Counted from the first letter of the stretch, positions 43,453 through 56,503 are shown. The stretch is 64,000 nucleotides of DNA from Guillardia theta CCMP2712 (GCF_000315625.1 NW_005434640.1:612979-676978), one strand, 5' to 3'. Notes: generated by a model from the sequence alone, not told the origin. Made by a program: numbers and translations.

Positions 43453-43539
43453 TCCCCGACAGATTCCCCGAAGGGATCCCTACCCCACATTTCTATACCC
43501 CAATTGAGGCCTTTGAGAGGGTAGTACCTCCTCCATGGC

Positions 43540-45882
43540 ATGTTCGGCCAGGTGATAGTTGGAGCGCCTGGTAGCGGCAAGACGACGTTCAGCAGAGGCG
43601 TGAAGGACTTTCTCAACTCCATCGAGAGGTCCTCGATGCTTCTCCCCTCCCCTCCCCTTCCCTTCCCTTCCCTTCCTCTTCTTCCCCTTCACCCTTCGTA
43701 TGTATGGCCATCTCCTCCCTCCCTTCCTTATTTCTTCTTCCACTCTTCCTCCCTCCAATTGTCGATCCCTTACCAGCTCCCTCGTTCCTCTTCTTTTAAC
43801 CCATCATCCACCTATCTTCACAATGCCAACTCTCCTTCCACTTCCCCCCTCCCCCCATATCCCTTCCTGCGTTCTGATTCTCGACCCTCACGACGAGACC
43901 TGCAGACCGACGGTGATCGTGAATCTCGATCCCGGCAACGATGTTCTCCCTTACGAGGCAGCTGTCAACATCATGGACCTCATCAGCCTCGACGAGGTTA
44001 TGGACGAGCTCCAGCTAGGACCCAACGGAGGTCGGAAGGTTGCGGGTTGCTTGCTCGAATGACGAGAGGGGAGGCAGGGCTTATCTACTGTGTGGAGTAC
44101 ATGGAGAAGAACCTTGACTGGCTCAAGGAGCAGCTCGAGCAGCACTGCAAGGGTGCGGATGAGGAAGAGGAGGAAGGGAGGAGGCGAGGAGAGGAGAGGA
44201 GAGGAGAGGAGAGGAGGGAGGGAGGAGGGTAGAGCGGGAGTGAGGAGTAAGGAGGAAGGAAGGGGGAGGGGAGGGAGGAAGGAGAGGGGAGTGAGAAGGG
44301 GAAGTGAAGAGGGGATGAGGAGGAAGGAGGAAGGAAGGGGAGGGGAGGGAGGAGGATTGACGACTGATGCGTTGAAGCAGACCAGTACGTCTTGTTCGAC
44401 TGCCCGGGTCAAGTGGAGATCTATACCCACCACACTTCCATGAGAAACATTCTAGCAGCGTTCAACGACTGGGGATGGCAGGTTGGAGGAGGAGGCCAGG
44501 GGTGGCAAGGACATGGTCCTCGTCCTAGGAGGAGGCGGGGGGTTAGGGAGAGAGAGAGTGCTGAGGAGGAGGAGGAGTTGATTGTCCTCGTGGTAGTAGA
44601 GGGTGTTATGTAGTGATTGAGGAGGATCGAGCAGGGAAGGTCTGACGGCCATGTCAGCTCTGTGTGGTTCATCTCGTGGACGCCCACCACTGCTCGGACG
44701 CCTCCAAATTCGTCGCTGCTTCGCTGGTTAGAAGATTCGGTACACCTGCGGCTCTGAGATGTCGCAGATGTCTCTTGCCTCCATGACGATGCTCGAGGTG
44801 ACAGTCCCCTGCTGCCTCGCTGCCTGTGATGAGCAGCCTCTCAGCTACCTCACGTCAACATCCTGTCAAAGATCGATCTAGTCCAGCGACTCGGAAGACT
44901 CGGTCTGTTTGACTTGTCTCTCCCCTTACTCATCCGCACACTGCAGACTTCAACCTCGATTACTACACGTCTGGCTACGAGCTTGCGCGCCTCCCTGAAC
45001 TTCTGGTGCCGGTCAGTTCTGAGCCGAGAGGTCTTAACGCGGTCTGTGGCAGAGCAAGAAGGAAGGGGTTCACAAGGTTGCAGAGCAGGAGGGGCATGCC
45101 GCTGCTTCCAAGTCTGTCCTCGTCGAAGCCCAGAACAGGCTCAGGTAGTGAGGCCACACGCTCTCTGCCGTCTCACCAGTTCTTGCAGGAGGTTTGAAAC
45201 TGCCATCGCCAATGTCGTAGACGATTTCTCTCTCGTCAACTTCATCCCAACCTCCATCAATGTGAAATCCTCTCCATCCCCATCCCCTCGAGACCTTCTC
45301 CTCTTTTCCTTGAGCCCCCGTGCCGCCTGCCCTCTCAGCCCCTTCCTCGCTCCTCTCTCTTATTACATCCCCCCAGGACAAAGACACAATCGCGTACGCG
45401 TGCCGCGTAATCGACAAGGCGAATGGCTACCTCTACTGTAAGAGTGAAGACAAGTCATGGAAGGGGAGGAGAGGAAGAGTGACACTGTTTGTGAACCTCA
45501 GCGATAGGAAAGCAGATAGATGGGGACACACAGGGGATAGGAAGGGTGAGCTACTGGTTCCCGCCGCCCATGCTGATCTCACACTCACAGGCATTGGAAC
45601 TGGACGACATCCTGGAATTGATCGAGGAGCGATACATCTTCGACCCAGACGACCCATACGGTCTCATCAGTCTTGTTCCTTATAGCCTCCTTATTCCCTC
45701 TTCCTTGTTGCCTCTACCGACCTCTCTACCCTTTTCTTTCTGCCATTATCGTCCCGTCCTCCCCGTGCCCTCATGCGCTCCTTCCCCGAATGATTGCTTG
45801 CATCCTAGCATTTAGACTAATGCGGCAGCAGACGAACACTCGAGTGGGACAGAAGAGGAGGAGAGCTGAAGTGATTGGATGA
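43540..45882 (+). CDS. GPN2: GPN-loop GTPase 2
   Basis: FGQVIVGAPGSGKTT, VNLDPGN, LGPNGG|LIYCVEY, LFDCPGQVEIYTHH, HLVDAHHC, LE|LPHVNILSKID, FNLDYYT. 3' end approximate. Confidence 0.92.
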
Positions 45883-46053
45883 GAGAGGCTCGCTAATGAA
45901 TCTGTAATGATATGACAAGTGCTTTCTTTGCTGCTACCTCGCCTGAATTAGATATGTAGCTCGGAAAACCAGCGGCAAGCATCGTGATGAAGCAAGAAAG
46001 CACTTGCCTATCATTTTGCTTCTTGTGCCCCAGTGTACCCTAAAAGAGCACGA

Positions 46054-46338
46054 TCAGCATTTAGACAAGCTGGCAGGGGACCGAATAAACGTCTAGAGGT
46101 TAATGAAAAAGCAAATCCATGGAAACAGAAGAAAAGCAAGGGAGAAGAAATAAGAGGAGCAAACAAAACAATTCTTACTGATATTCTTTCTGACTCCATT
46201 CTCCAACTCAGTAATCTTCATGCTTGCGACATCGCGTGAAGCAGCCTTCACCTTGGCCTCAGGCTTCAGGCATCTCCTCACAACTTGAGCGCAGATGTTG
46301 GCATAGCGAAGGTAAGAGATTCCAGCTTGACGCCACTC
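46054..46338 (-). CDS. ATP5F1E: Mitochondrial ATP synthase F1 epsilon subunit (core exons; start exon upstream unresolved)
   Basis: WRQAGISYLRYANICAQVVRRCLK signature. Confidence 0.85.
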
Positions 46339-46799
46339 CTGCAGAGAGCGAGTCAACAGATCGGCATCTGACACCTTAGCTTTCGTGCTTCGCTCCCTCC
46401 CTCGCTTTGAATTGTAACAGCCGCCAACCCAGAAGAAGATTGTGTTGTAAAACTCGCTCAACATTCGACTCTCAGCAGCATACACCCAGCAGAAGGCACA
46501 AGACAATTATCAGCCCCAGCTTGACAATAACTCTTCTATCTTCTTCACGCTTATTTGAAGCCCTTCTGTACTGTTCTACAGTCTCCTCCGCCTCCTTCAC
46601 TCACTTGAAGACACTCCCATGCGCTCCTCACATCACTCGTGCACTTCTGTTCCTTTCCTGCGTCTGCTTCTCTAAGCGTATTGATAGCATCAATTCACTC
46701 CTCCTCCTCCTCCTCCTCTCCCCATTCCCTTCCTCTTCCTCCCGTCCGTTCGCCATCTTCCACTCACCATTTTCTCCTCGTGGACAGCGGCCGTTGTGG

Positions 46800-47200
46800 G
46801 GGGTGGGGTGATCATCAAACATAGGGGTTATGCTTCCAGTACTACCCCTGAATTAAAGCCAACAATCAGCTGAATGACAGGGTAGGGTAAAGCACCTGGA
46901 CATGGGGTACTACTACTCGAAGGTCAATTACAAAGTGAAGTTGGAGGGAAGGTAGTACTACGAGACTCCGTGGGGGTAGGGGTAGTCAAGATCCCACCCC
47001 CTGAATTCATGGGGTGTAGACGATGATCAAAATAAGTGGGGTAGCTAGGGGTGATGGGAGCACCTTGATCAAGGAGATGGGTGGGGTGTTTACATGTACC
47101 GCCAATGGGGTGGGTAAAGATTTGGGTAGGGTTGCAGGGTGGAGACTGGGGTGGAGCACTCGGGGGTGGGGGGTGGAGATCTGCTGTCTATGTGAATGGT
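46800..47200. promoter_or_regulatory. GGGT/ACCC-rich divergent intergenic block
   Basis: GGGTAGGGTA, GGGGTAC, GGGGTAGGGGTAG words between head-to-head genes. Confidence 0.4.
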
Positions 47201-48026
47201 ATGAGCGGGAACGAGGGCCTCAAGTTTGTCTCTAAAATGAGCACTGGTCGAAGAGTGAGACAATGAGGAAGGAGGAGGGGGGAGGGAAGGGGAGGGGAGG
47301 GAAGGGAGAAGCCCTGCCGATCCAAGGAGACGAGACGAGACGAGCTTACGGGAAGACAGAAAGGAGAGGAGGGGAAAGAAATCTAGCTGACAACGAATAC
47401 TATGAGGCAGAGGATACGCAAGGAGTGGGTGCATGTGATAGGGATCAGGTGGGATCGGCGCATGCAAGATGAGGAGAGCACCATTCCTGTATTCATTGAC
47501 TCAGATTGAAAGAGGAGATACGAGGATGAGGACGAGAGCAGAAGGAAAGTTGCTTGCAAGAGGTGGGCGAAGATGACGAGGCAGGCGTGGGGGACGAGAC
47601 GAAAGCACGAGAGGGGACGAGACGACAGCAGGCAAGGGGAGACTTATTGGGGCGAGTAGAGAAGCGTTGGACGTAGAACTTGATGACGAGTGAGATGATT
47701 GAGAAAGGGCAAGAGGAAGGGCAACCACGGGAGGGAAGAGAGCTATGCTCGAAGTGAGGGATGTTCAAGGGAGCAGTCGAGACAGGAAATGGTATCGAGA
47801 ATCATCTATTGATTGGAATTGAGACATCTCGATTGATGATATGATGCCATTATTCCGAATGTTCTTGGCTCTTTCGAAATTGCGAGAGAAAGGACTCAGA
47901 GACGTGCTTTCATTCATATCAGTATTACAAGTGTACATAGAATGGTTAAACTGCCCACTGAAACACTTCTGATCAGCACTTTCTCACTGTAGGTCTTGAC
48001 AAGCCTCCGCGAGGGGGAAGTCAATC

Positions 48027-51000
48027 ATGCCCAGGGATGATCGTCTACGAGTGCGCTTGCCTAGTTCCAGTATCTCTCAATTGACTCTTACGTAGGTGTT
48101 CGCGCTGTGGATCGGCTACATTTTGCAGGAGAAAGTAGAAAGCATCCTTTGTTTGCAAGATGGCGGCAGATTGTAAGTTTAATGACGTTGAATTCTTGAT
48201 GCTGATGAATTGTCAGGGCCAAGTTCTTTGAGAACCTGTCAGGGTTGCGGGTAGAAGACATAAAGGATGCCGAGACGCAGCAGGAGAACGTTCAGAACAT
48301 TCGAGTAATGTCTTGGTTTGTCGTGAACCTCGTGTTGATTCTTGTGTCAGAACGTCTTCGTGGCGATCGAGCGCTCGGGGATCCCTCTCGCGGCTCTGAC
48401 CTGTAGCGACGAGGAAGTGGTGGAGGGCGATCAGGACATGATACTGTCCTTGATCTGGGATCTCACAGACCACTTCTTCATCTCCCCACAGTTCCCTTCC
48501 TCCTCGGACCACTGGAAGAGCGCCTTCCTCCGCTGGTGCCAGGAGAGGTGTGAGCCTCGTGGCGTCTTCGTTACCGACTTCCATCAGAGCTTTCAGGACG
48601 GCATGGCCCTTTGCGCTATAGTTGATTCTGCGCTGGAGGACAGCTCGGTGATCGGCATGCTGACTCTCAAGAGCGCAAACTCAGCGAAGAATCTCTCCCT
48701 GGCCTTCGATGCTGCTCACAGACTGCTGGACGTGCCGAAGCTGCTGGAGGTAGAGGACCTGCAGCACGAGACTGTTGACGAGCGAAGTGTGCTTCTCTAC
48801 CTCGCTGTTCTCAGACTCGCGGTAGAGGGGGAGGAGCTACAGGCCCCCGCAGCCTTGGAAGCTCACGAGCAGCCTCAACTTGCGAGTCAACGTGTCGCAG
48901 CCGACATGCAGGAGTTTCCCTTGAATGAACGAGCAGCCGCTCGCTCCAGCATTCAGCGTGCGCTGTTGGGTCGCGCCGACGCTCCAAAAGGACCGGATGA
49001 TGGCAGCTCGCAGCTTCTCACTGAAGATCTGACGAAAGTTTCTTCCCTGCTCGACGAGCTCCGCGAGCCGATCAGCATGGTTGCCGAGATCCTACAGCGA
49101 GCAGGTGGCGAAGAGGCCATGGACGCAAAGGCTACATTCAGGCAGCTGACCGAGCGGATGAAGAGGCTTGTTGAGGTGCTTCCCGATACGCTAGAGTGCA
49201 CGCAGGAAGCATCGATCCTCAACGACTCGATCCAGATGGAGTTCAGGAGGGTGCGAGCGAGGGAGGAGTTCGAGGAGGCGTACATCTCGCGCGTATGTGA
49301 GAGGCAGAGGCAATGCCATGGCATGTCGATCGCTCTGCAGTCGCAGATACGATCAGAGTTTGAGGAGCTGCGACAGCCCGTGCGGCAGCTGCTGCAGATC
49401 CTCGATGAGCGGGAGGCTCATCTGCTCCAGCAGGTGGCTGAGATTGAGCAGGACAAGACCGCCATCCTCAAGCAGGCGCAGACGCAGGCAGAGCGCGACC
49501 TTGTCAGGTTGCAAGAGGCGGAAGCTGAGGCGGACAACCTGCTGAAATCCAAGATCGCATCGGTTTCGTGGTTGGAGACAGGCCATCGAGCTGAGAAGAT
49601 CCTCAAAGATTGCGAGGCTGGCAAGGTGGATGATAAGCAGGACTTCCCCGATCACTTTGTGGACTTCTGCTGCACCCTGAACCTTCGCCTCCAGCACAAC
49701 ATCATCCAAGCCTTTGCCCACGTGCTCCGAAACACTGAGTTTGAGGAGCGAAAGCTGCTGGACCAGGCGGAGTTGCTGGCGTCAGGCTCGGAAGAAGTGG
49801 GTCGGCTGGGCTCGTCTCGCGGGGAAGGTCTTGACGTCATCAGAAGACACTCGAAGCGAACGACCGGGGCCGGGGAGTTTGAGTGGCAGCTGACAGCTGA
49901 AGGTGAGTGGGTGAAGAAAAAAGAAGCGGAAGAGTCGACGGCTCTCGATAAGATCATCGCGCATGCCAAGAAGCTTCCAATCCGAGAAGCCGACGAGTAT
50001 CTCTCGCAGGAGGTCTGCTGCCTCCCAAGCTTGAGCCCAGCTACAAGTGTGACGTCTGTTGCAACAGGCCATACAATCTGTGCTACAGGGGTCAAGAAGT
50101 TCACAATACTCGCATGGCATCGTCAAGGTGAGACCTGGAGATCAAGAGAGGCCGGAATGATGAGGCAACAGGAGGCGTACAACCAAGTGAACTCCAACTA
50201 TCTCTCCCTCCCCACCGATCTTCAGGTCTCGCTGCTCCTTCCCTTCTGTGCTTGGCAACCTTCACCTGCTTGTCGTCCTCCATCCTTCGCCCTGCATAAT
50301 CATCACTTCAGGTTCGGCCCCCTTTGCTTCCGCTTGGGGAAGGGATTGCAAGTCAAGTCTCGCAAGCAAACAGGTTTTTTCGTTTGATCTTCTTCTTTCT
50401 CTTTCTTTCCCTTCCCGCACCTCCTTCTCCCTACGTGTCAGCTCTCCCTTCATCGTTCAGTCTTGCTCTGCTCCCCTCTCTTCGTTGCTCTTTCAGATCT
50501 CCTGCCTGCCTTGTTCCTGACGTGCTCCAGATCTACTTGGCCGCACGCCATGCCCAATGAAAGGAGCGCTGAGGGTTTGGCAACACAACCAAGTTTCTGC
50601 TCTTGGTCTGAAGTGGCCGACAGGAACTCTAGAGTTTCTCAGGTGGTTCCAGCTGGACTCGGAGGACTCACGGGTGCTGTCCAGCGCCTCAGTGGCTGTT
50701 TGTGCCATCGGTGGATGGGATGGAAATCAGAACCTGAGAACTATCGAGCTGATTTCCCCGGGGGACACTGACTGGCGGGTAAAACCCCAGCTGACGGCCA
50801 GCAGCGCTAACTGAAGGGGACTGACATGGTATCTCAGATGTGCACGGAGATGAGCAGCAGTCGGAGAGGAGCTGCCGCTGTTTCAGTTGAAGGAGACATA
50901 TGGATTCTTGGAGGGTGGGACGGGCAGAACTACCTTAGGTCCTGCCATGTCTTCCAGCTCGCGACCGGCAGGTTGAAATCTAGCCCTCCCGCTCCTGGTC

Positions 51001-52386
51001 CTCTGCCTTCTGTTTCCTATCTCTCTTCCTATCTCTCCCTTCGATCGAGCCCCCATGCTCCTCTTGCCCCATTTCCTTCTCCTTTTCTCTTCCTTTCCTT
51101 AAGTTTTTATTCCTCGTTTCCGATCCTCGCTGTTGTACCTCCTCGCCCCCCCAGTCCTCCCTCCTCATGGAGCTCGAGCCTCTTCCCTTCGTCCTCGCCC
51201 TCCTCCTCGCCCTCATCTATTGCAGGTGGAAGCAAGTGGCCGACATGCATGAGGCTCGCTGCTACGCCTCAGCGACTGTCATGGACGGCAAGATCTACGT
51301 CGCCGGAGGGTATCATGGGCAGGCAAGCAGCCTCCTCATACTGCGACTCCTCTCGCCCTCTCCTCCTCCCTACTTCCTTCTGCTCCTGCTGCGACAGCTC
51401 ATTCTACTTCTGAGTTATGTTGGGGAGCAGGTGAATTTGGACTCAGCCGAGGTCTGGTCTGCGGGCGAGTGGCACAAGATCTCGAGCATGTCGACTCCTC
51501 GCCGAGGCCTCGGGCTGGCGGCGCTCGATGGTCACCTGTATGCCGTGGGAGGATGGGACGGGAGGAAGAACCTGAGCTCGGTCACCAGCTGCAGTCCAGC
51601 TGAGGGTATTGATGAGGTTTCAGGTCGAGGCCTGGACGCCCTTGACGGGGAGCTGGAGGAAGATCCCGGACCTCTCGACTCCTCGTTCCTCCGTGAGACC
51701 TTGGACCTCACTTGGACTTGCTTGTCGTCCTGCTCCTTCTCGTGGTTGTTGCTGTTGTCTCTTTCTTTGATAGTCTGTGCAGGCTGCGGTGATTGCGAGC
51801 CGGGGGAAATTATTTGCAATTGGAGGATGGGATGGGAAGAATTTCCTATCTTCTCTGGAGTGTTATGAGCCAAAATATGGTGAGTCTCTTCCTCTGTCTT
51901 CTTCTCCACCTTGTCCTCTCCTCTTTTCATGTGCGTTTTCGCCGTCTATTCCTCATCTTCCTCCTCCCAGGCACCAAGCGCAACCCTGTGGGCGAGTGGA
52001 GGACGCTGCCGCCCATGAGCATTGCCAGGAGCTACGCGGCGGCAGCAGCTTACGACAACCTGTACGCCCGTACCCTCCGCCTCTGGTAACAGCATGACAT
52101 CTTCTACAGGATTTTCGTGCTAGGAGGGTGGGACGGGACTGAAGGAAGGAGACTGGATAGGTGAGACAACCTCCCCTCTCTCTTCTCCCCCCCCCCCTCC
52201 CTCTCTTCTCCTCCCTCTGCTTCAAACCATTTCTGCCCTCCTTTCCGCTCCTCCTCATGCGCAACGATACTTGACTCTTTGCTCAGTGTTGAGTGCTTCC
52301 TCGTTCACGAGCATCGCTGGATCTCCTTCCCCCGCATGTCGTGCCCTCGCTATGGGCTAGCAGCTGCGCTGGTGAAGCAGAACTAG
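48027..52386 (+). CDS. Tandem calponin-homology actin-binding domain + coiled coil + Kelch beta-propeller protein
   Basis: VFALWI..LQDG; ILSLIWDL; FLRWCQ..VTDFHQSFQDGMALCAIV..AFDAA..VPKLL..DERSVLLYL; heptad region; repeated AIGGWDG/YVAGG Kelch motifs. CH and Kelch halves join in frame via inferred small exons; may start further upstream. Confidence 0.8.
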
Positions 52387-52526
52387 AGCAGATGCGAAGA
52401 TGCCGGTGGCTATCTATTGATAAACAGATCGCAAGGTGGGAATGATTGGAATAACCTGGAGGATGGGGGTTGGGCGTAGAAGACAGGAGGAGCAAGAGTG
52501 GCTTGCGGTGATGGTATCCCGGGACA

Positions 52527-54349
52527 TCAGTTGAGTTTGTATCCGAAGGCGGTGAAGTCGTTCTCGTACTGCTTGTAGATTGCCTCCTTGACGTCCCAGG
52601 GCAGCTTCCGCAGCTTCTCCTCCGTGCTTGCGGTTCGAGCCTTGTTGGTGGTGGGGAAGCCGAATGCCTCGAAGTAGGAGATGAGCTGAGGCTCACCGAT
52701 GCGGTAGAGGATGTAGCGAACGTCCTCCTCCACGTTCTCGAGCTTGCCAAGGAAGTCGACGACAGGGCAGCCCCTATTGGAAAAAAGGAAGTTGTACTGG
52801 GGGATCCAGTGCATTTTGAAGACGGTTGTCTCCAGCTCGCTCTGATTCTTCGCCCATCGCTCGAAGCTCACGATATGCTTCCCCCGGAAGCGAGGAAGAA
52901 TCGCCATGAGATAGGCGCTCATCGCCCTCCCCATCGGCTCTCTGACCAGAGAGAAGCGGAAGAAGTCGGGAAAGCGAGCGAAGGCTTTGCCGCACGCGAG
53001 GTAGGTGATTTCTTCTTTTGGGCAACCTTTCTTGCCGTTCCTGAAGCACAGCGCCTCCCTGAAGAGCTCGTGCCATGAGGTCCCTCCCGACTTGAGGACA
53101 TGCACGTAGATGAAGCGGTAGCGAGGAGAGATGACACACTGCAAGAACCGTCACTTCCTTCCCGCCTCACTCCCCACTAGTCTACCCCTTCCCTCTCCTC
53201 TTCTTTCCCTCCTCTTTGCGCCTTTGTTCTGTTCAACCCCATCATTTTCACCTGAGGAATGAAGTCGAAGCGAGGTCCTTGCAGTCGATCTCTGCTAGTG
53301 ACAGGATGTAATACTTCTTCATACGCAGTGGCCACTGTACCCTTTCCCGCGCATACACTCAAAGAGCAGTGTCGTCCCTCCTCCCTGAAGCAAGTCTCTT
53401 TCACCCTGTCAACGTACTTGGCGTCCTCCTTCTCATACCCCAACAGCTCGAAGTCGCGCGAGTAAAGCTGAGCAAGCAGTTGCTGCTGCCTGCCATCCAG
53501 TTTCCTCGTTGCCAGTCTTGCGGGGATGAGCCCGGGGATCATCGCGATGCTCGCGTTGCGACTCGCGTTCCGGTCCCTTTCCATCAGAACCTCCGTGAGC
53601 GAGTAAATATTGGAAGCAGAGCTGCGGATGCGCTGGAGAACTCTCGGGCCATGCGTCTCCATGTCCTCGATTCGTCCGACGAAGTCTACGCTCGCACAGC
53701 TTGTCTTGTTCAGGATGAGAGAGGTTTGGAGGAGGTAGCGAACTCCTGGCCTCTGGAGTCCTTGCAGCCATTCTGCGAAGCTCGTGCCATCAGTATTCGA
53801 GGAATTCCAAGACACGTGAGAGAAGTGAAAGGGACTGGAAACGAAAGAGAAAAAAAAGAAATTTCGCTTCTCCGGCCAGATCTGCTTGCAGCTTGTCGCC
53901 TTCATATCACAAGGCCGATTGCCACCACAGAGATTCGCGTACAGGAAAGATTTGACAACATCTGACGTGAAGCTGCTGGTCGGCATGAAAACAAACCTCC
54001 AGTTGTCAGAAACTACACACTCCTCCCCAGCAGCCTCGTCCGGCATTCCACGCTCTCCCCGCCTCGTGCTCTCCCTGCCGACATCAAGGTGACAAGGTGC
54101 AAGCTCCACAGCAGATGCGAGAGGAAGAGAAGAGTTGCTGGATCGAGAAACAAATGGAGTCAAACCAGGCTTTCCAAGGTCATCAGGACGTTTGTGAGGC
54201 CCCAGGGTATGCTGAATCAAAATAGAAGAAAGAGAGAACAGCACGATAGCAACAAACACAAAGTGGTGTCGGGTAAATCCAGTGCGTTTCTTCGTTGCTC
54301 GATAATTCATTTTCTGTCGCAGTAACTTAAGCAGTCGTCTCAAATTCAT
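52527..54349 (-). CDS. Type II membrane carbohydrate sulfotransferase (Sulfotransfer_2-like) with two tandem domains
   Basis: TM FVFVAIVLFSLSSILI; phase-0 intron 53139-53251 joins FIPQ|CVISP; second domain has YVHVLKSGGTS, FSLVREPMGRAMSAY, DFLGKLE, YENDFTAFGY. Confidence 0.85.
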
Positions 54350-54559
54350 CTCTGATCTGCTTGATCTTCAGTGCATTGCAGCTTCGAAACTTCACGGTTC
54401 TGTTTCGTCATGTCTTGTTAGAAGCACAGCTAAAGCTCCTTCACCTCTGGTGGACTTCCACGACTTTCCGCTTCCTCTTGCTCGCCCTCCTCGTCGCGAC
54501 CTCCCTCCTCGCCCCCAGCTCCACGTGGCGGCCATGAGCCAGTAAGACGCGGCAGTAGT

Positions 54560-55310
54560 ACTTTTAAAAACTTTGAGTTCCTTTACTCAAAGTTAAGTTA
54601 AAAATCAGTACGAGGACAATCAGGAGACCTGACACTGTCGCACAGGCCAAACGGCGAGAAGAGAAAAGACAGCGAGAACCAAACCTAATCCTGCCAACTT
54701 ACTTTGAGTAATAAATGCCGTCCCCCACCTGAGCCTGGCCGGGCTGATTTTGATCGGACTTAAAGTGACTTGAACTGTGACTGAGCCCCGGGCCCGGCCC
54801 GGGCGCCGGGCCGCCGCGGCCCGGTCCGCCGCCGCCGCGGCCGATGATCAGCCCTGGTCGGGCCGCGTCCGACGGTCCCCGGGACCGCCGGGCTCGGATC
54901 CGATCAACCGTTTGGCAAGCCGGGGGCCTCCGCCTCGGCCTTCCGGGCCCGGGGGCCCGGACGCCGCCGGGCAGCCCCGGCGCGTGCCAGGCTTAGGCTA
55001 CTGAGCCCAGCGTACCGTCGGCGTACCGTACGGGAGAGCCTTTTATTCAAAGGTAAGTCAAAAATCCGATGATCAGCACGAGGACAATCAGGAGAGTAGT
55101 AGAGGAGGGTTGACCCTGACCGTACGGAGAGCCCGCCCGGACCCGGCGTCACACACAGAGTCACGTCGCAGTCCGATCTGCCAGGCCGCTGACTGCCCGG
55201 GGGCGCGGCCCGCGGCCGCCGGGCCGGGCCCCGACCCGGCGGCCGCTGAGAACTTCGGAAGGTTGCCGCACTGCGGCCGCAGTCAGTGGCACCCTCCGGG
55301 CAGTCGGAAG
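54560..55310. other. Intergenic element: ~50-bp imperfect direct repeats around a GC-rich palindromic-word block
   Basis: 54580-54626 cctttactcaaagttaagttaaaaatc..acgaggacaatcaggaga resembles 55040-55094 ccttttattcaaaggtaagtcaaaaatc..acgaggacaatcaggaga. Confidence 0.6.
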
Positions 55311-55661
55311 TGATAACCCCATTGATTGGACCCACCTTACCTGGGTAGAAGTCAAACAGCAGGGCGATAGGGGTAGTACATATTCTGACCCTGCTAGATC
55401 AACATCTGCTTTTGTCAACACCAGCAGGTAGTAGTATGGTGTAGAATGGGGTGGGGTCAAAAGGGGGGTTGTGGATGAAGGTAGAACAAGGGTGGGTGGT
55501 ATGTTAAAGGGTTCGGTGGGAAAGATAAGAGGGGTGATGGACCCCTGAGATTCCGACGGGCACTTGTTGGTTACTTTGAGTACCCCCTAGGGTGAGGGCA
55601 AACGGCGTTTCACCGCAGACAAATGGGGGGGTGGGGGGTGGTGATTCTTTGGCTCTTCGTC

Positions 55662-56426
55662 ATGCACGTCCTTCGGCTCGTGGTATGTGGAACGGTGGAA
55701 GGAGGAGGAGGACAAGGAGGAGGAGAAATAAGAGCAGTAGATCAGGAGGGAGGATGGAACGCCGGACAGAGTGAGGTCGACAATCGGGAATCATAACAGA
55801 TTTCAAGACCATGGAATCGTTACCGAACATATGATAGAAGTTACTGCTTGGTAGATTGAATGTAATAGTCAAGGAGAGTGAAAGAGAGTAAGATATTTGA
55901 TCCAATCGGATCATTTCATGAACAATTGAGATTTTGAGAATATACACGTAGCTGACATTAGATGGAGAAGGATTGGTTATGGTAGGATTGCGGGTACACA
56001 GCGATAGCAAAGCTATGATTTCGAAAAGGATATTGTTAGAGTTGTGACATGCTCACAGTCGCTCTACGGTGGATATCCTCACTCGCCATATTGCTTCTCG
56101 GACGGAAGCTACTGCAGTTCCGGAAACGAGAGTAAGCAAAATCAGTTTTTCCCCTTCCCTTCATTTACCATCACTACCCCCCTGATTTGTGTCAATCGGC
56201 TCCTCCTTACCTTTGTGCTCAGGCTCGGTCACTATCGCCAACACCGGCTATGGCAGCCCCACTGAGCCCGTCTTCAACGTGGTAAGCTTGCCGCTTCCCC
56301 TTCTTGTGGGGCCTAACGCGCTCTCTTCCTTTGTGCTGCTCGTGTCGAGCATCTGATATTCAAGTTGTGCAGGACTTGGGATATCAGTCTAGTGTTGGAT
56401 CTCCCGCCTACTACGTTGAGTTCTAG
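55662..56426 (+). CDS. Small hypothetical Gly/Ser/Tyr-rich protein
   Basis: Frame kept across two GT-AG introns: SLYGGYPHSPYCFSDGSYCSSGNES|SVTIANTGYGSPTEPVFNV|DLGYQSSVGSPAYYVEF*; 5' exons uncertain. Confidence 0.45.
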
Positions 56427-56503
56427 ATCACTTTACAGTTAAAGCAAAAACAATGCTGCTGAGTCTTCTGCTGAGTCTTCTTCCCAGACCTAATCCAACC
56501 TGT

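Noticed and set aside
46340-46660. Intronic C/D snoRNA upstream of the ATP synthase epsilon core exon
   Set aside because: No proper RUGAUGA C box found on the transcribed strand.
54777-55335. Pro/Arg/Gly-rich ORFs in GC blocks (also 21632-21908, 3884-4198)
   Set aside because: Stop-codon scarcity from extreme GC content.
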